Positions 63,994-64,000 of a stretch of 64,000 nucleotides of DNA are shown here, piece by piece. The notes under the pieces are model-generated. The model was not told the DNA's origin. It saw only the letters and a list, made by a program, of their open reading frames with translations, and made no database searches. This DNA is from an archaeon. GTDB lineage: Archaea > Iainarchaeota > Iainarchaeia > Iainarchaeales > JAAZKV01. The position numbers and the translations under genes were made by a program. Every line of letters starts with the position of its first letter. The first letter of the stretch is position 1. The stretch spans positions 525,731-589,730 of the forward strand of contig JBAZYC010000001.1 of the NCBI GenBank assembly GCA_041659525.1, given 5' to 3'.

Positions 63994-64000
63994 AATATAA

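Overview
This is an AT-rich, tightly packed archaeal chromosome segment. Gene content suggests a small-genome DPANN-type archaeon; that placement is inference. The supporting genes are RpoK, S17e, aEF-1beta, Pelota, ABCE1, a class-I CCA-adding enzyme, Elp3, Taw3, RFC small and large subunits, Orc1/Cdc6, Cdc48, a type IA topoisomerase, ThrRS and PheRS alpha/beta. Many genes are preceded by GGTGA or GGAGGT Shine-Dalgarno motifs.

Housekeeping genes are interspersed with two clusters of type IV pilin-like genes carrying class-III signal peptides. The first (16.6-27.4 kb) has 11 pilin-like genes, an A24 prepilin peptidase, two T2SS-F platform genes and a frameshifted FlaI/PilB-type ATPase. The second (46.4-49.2 kb) has 7 pilin-like genes and no machinery. 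An intact orphan ATPase lies at 8.0-9.5 kb. There is one intron-containing tRNA-Arg(UCG). I saw no rRNA, CRISPR array, transposase or integrase.

The most unusual content is a two-copy cassette at 4619-5847 and 59579-61180. Each copy has a roughly 150-nt long hairpin with compensatory changes between copies, whose basal stem pairs an anti-SD with a perfect SD. This is followed by a small acidic ORF and an overlapping free-standing double-motif LAGLIDADG homing endonuclease. The 5' module is nearly identical between copies, but the nuclease bodies are highly diverged.

Other points of interest:
- Two single-nucleotide frameshifts sit at T homopolymers.
- Two pilin genes shorter than 60 aa are missing from the ORF track.
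- A pair of paralogous proteins share a C-terminal 4-Cys module.
- Two paralogous basic ORFs are wedged between pheS and pheT.
- G-rich direct repeats lie upstream of orc1/cdc6.
- A basic tandem-repeat protein next to orc1/cdc6 carries YABBY/HMG-like PSAYN.FI motifs.

All calls come from reading the sequence and from remembered family motifs. No database search was run.
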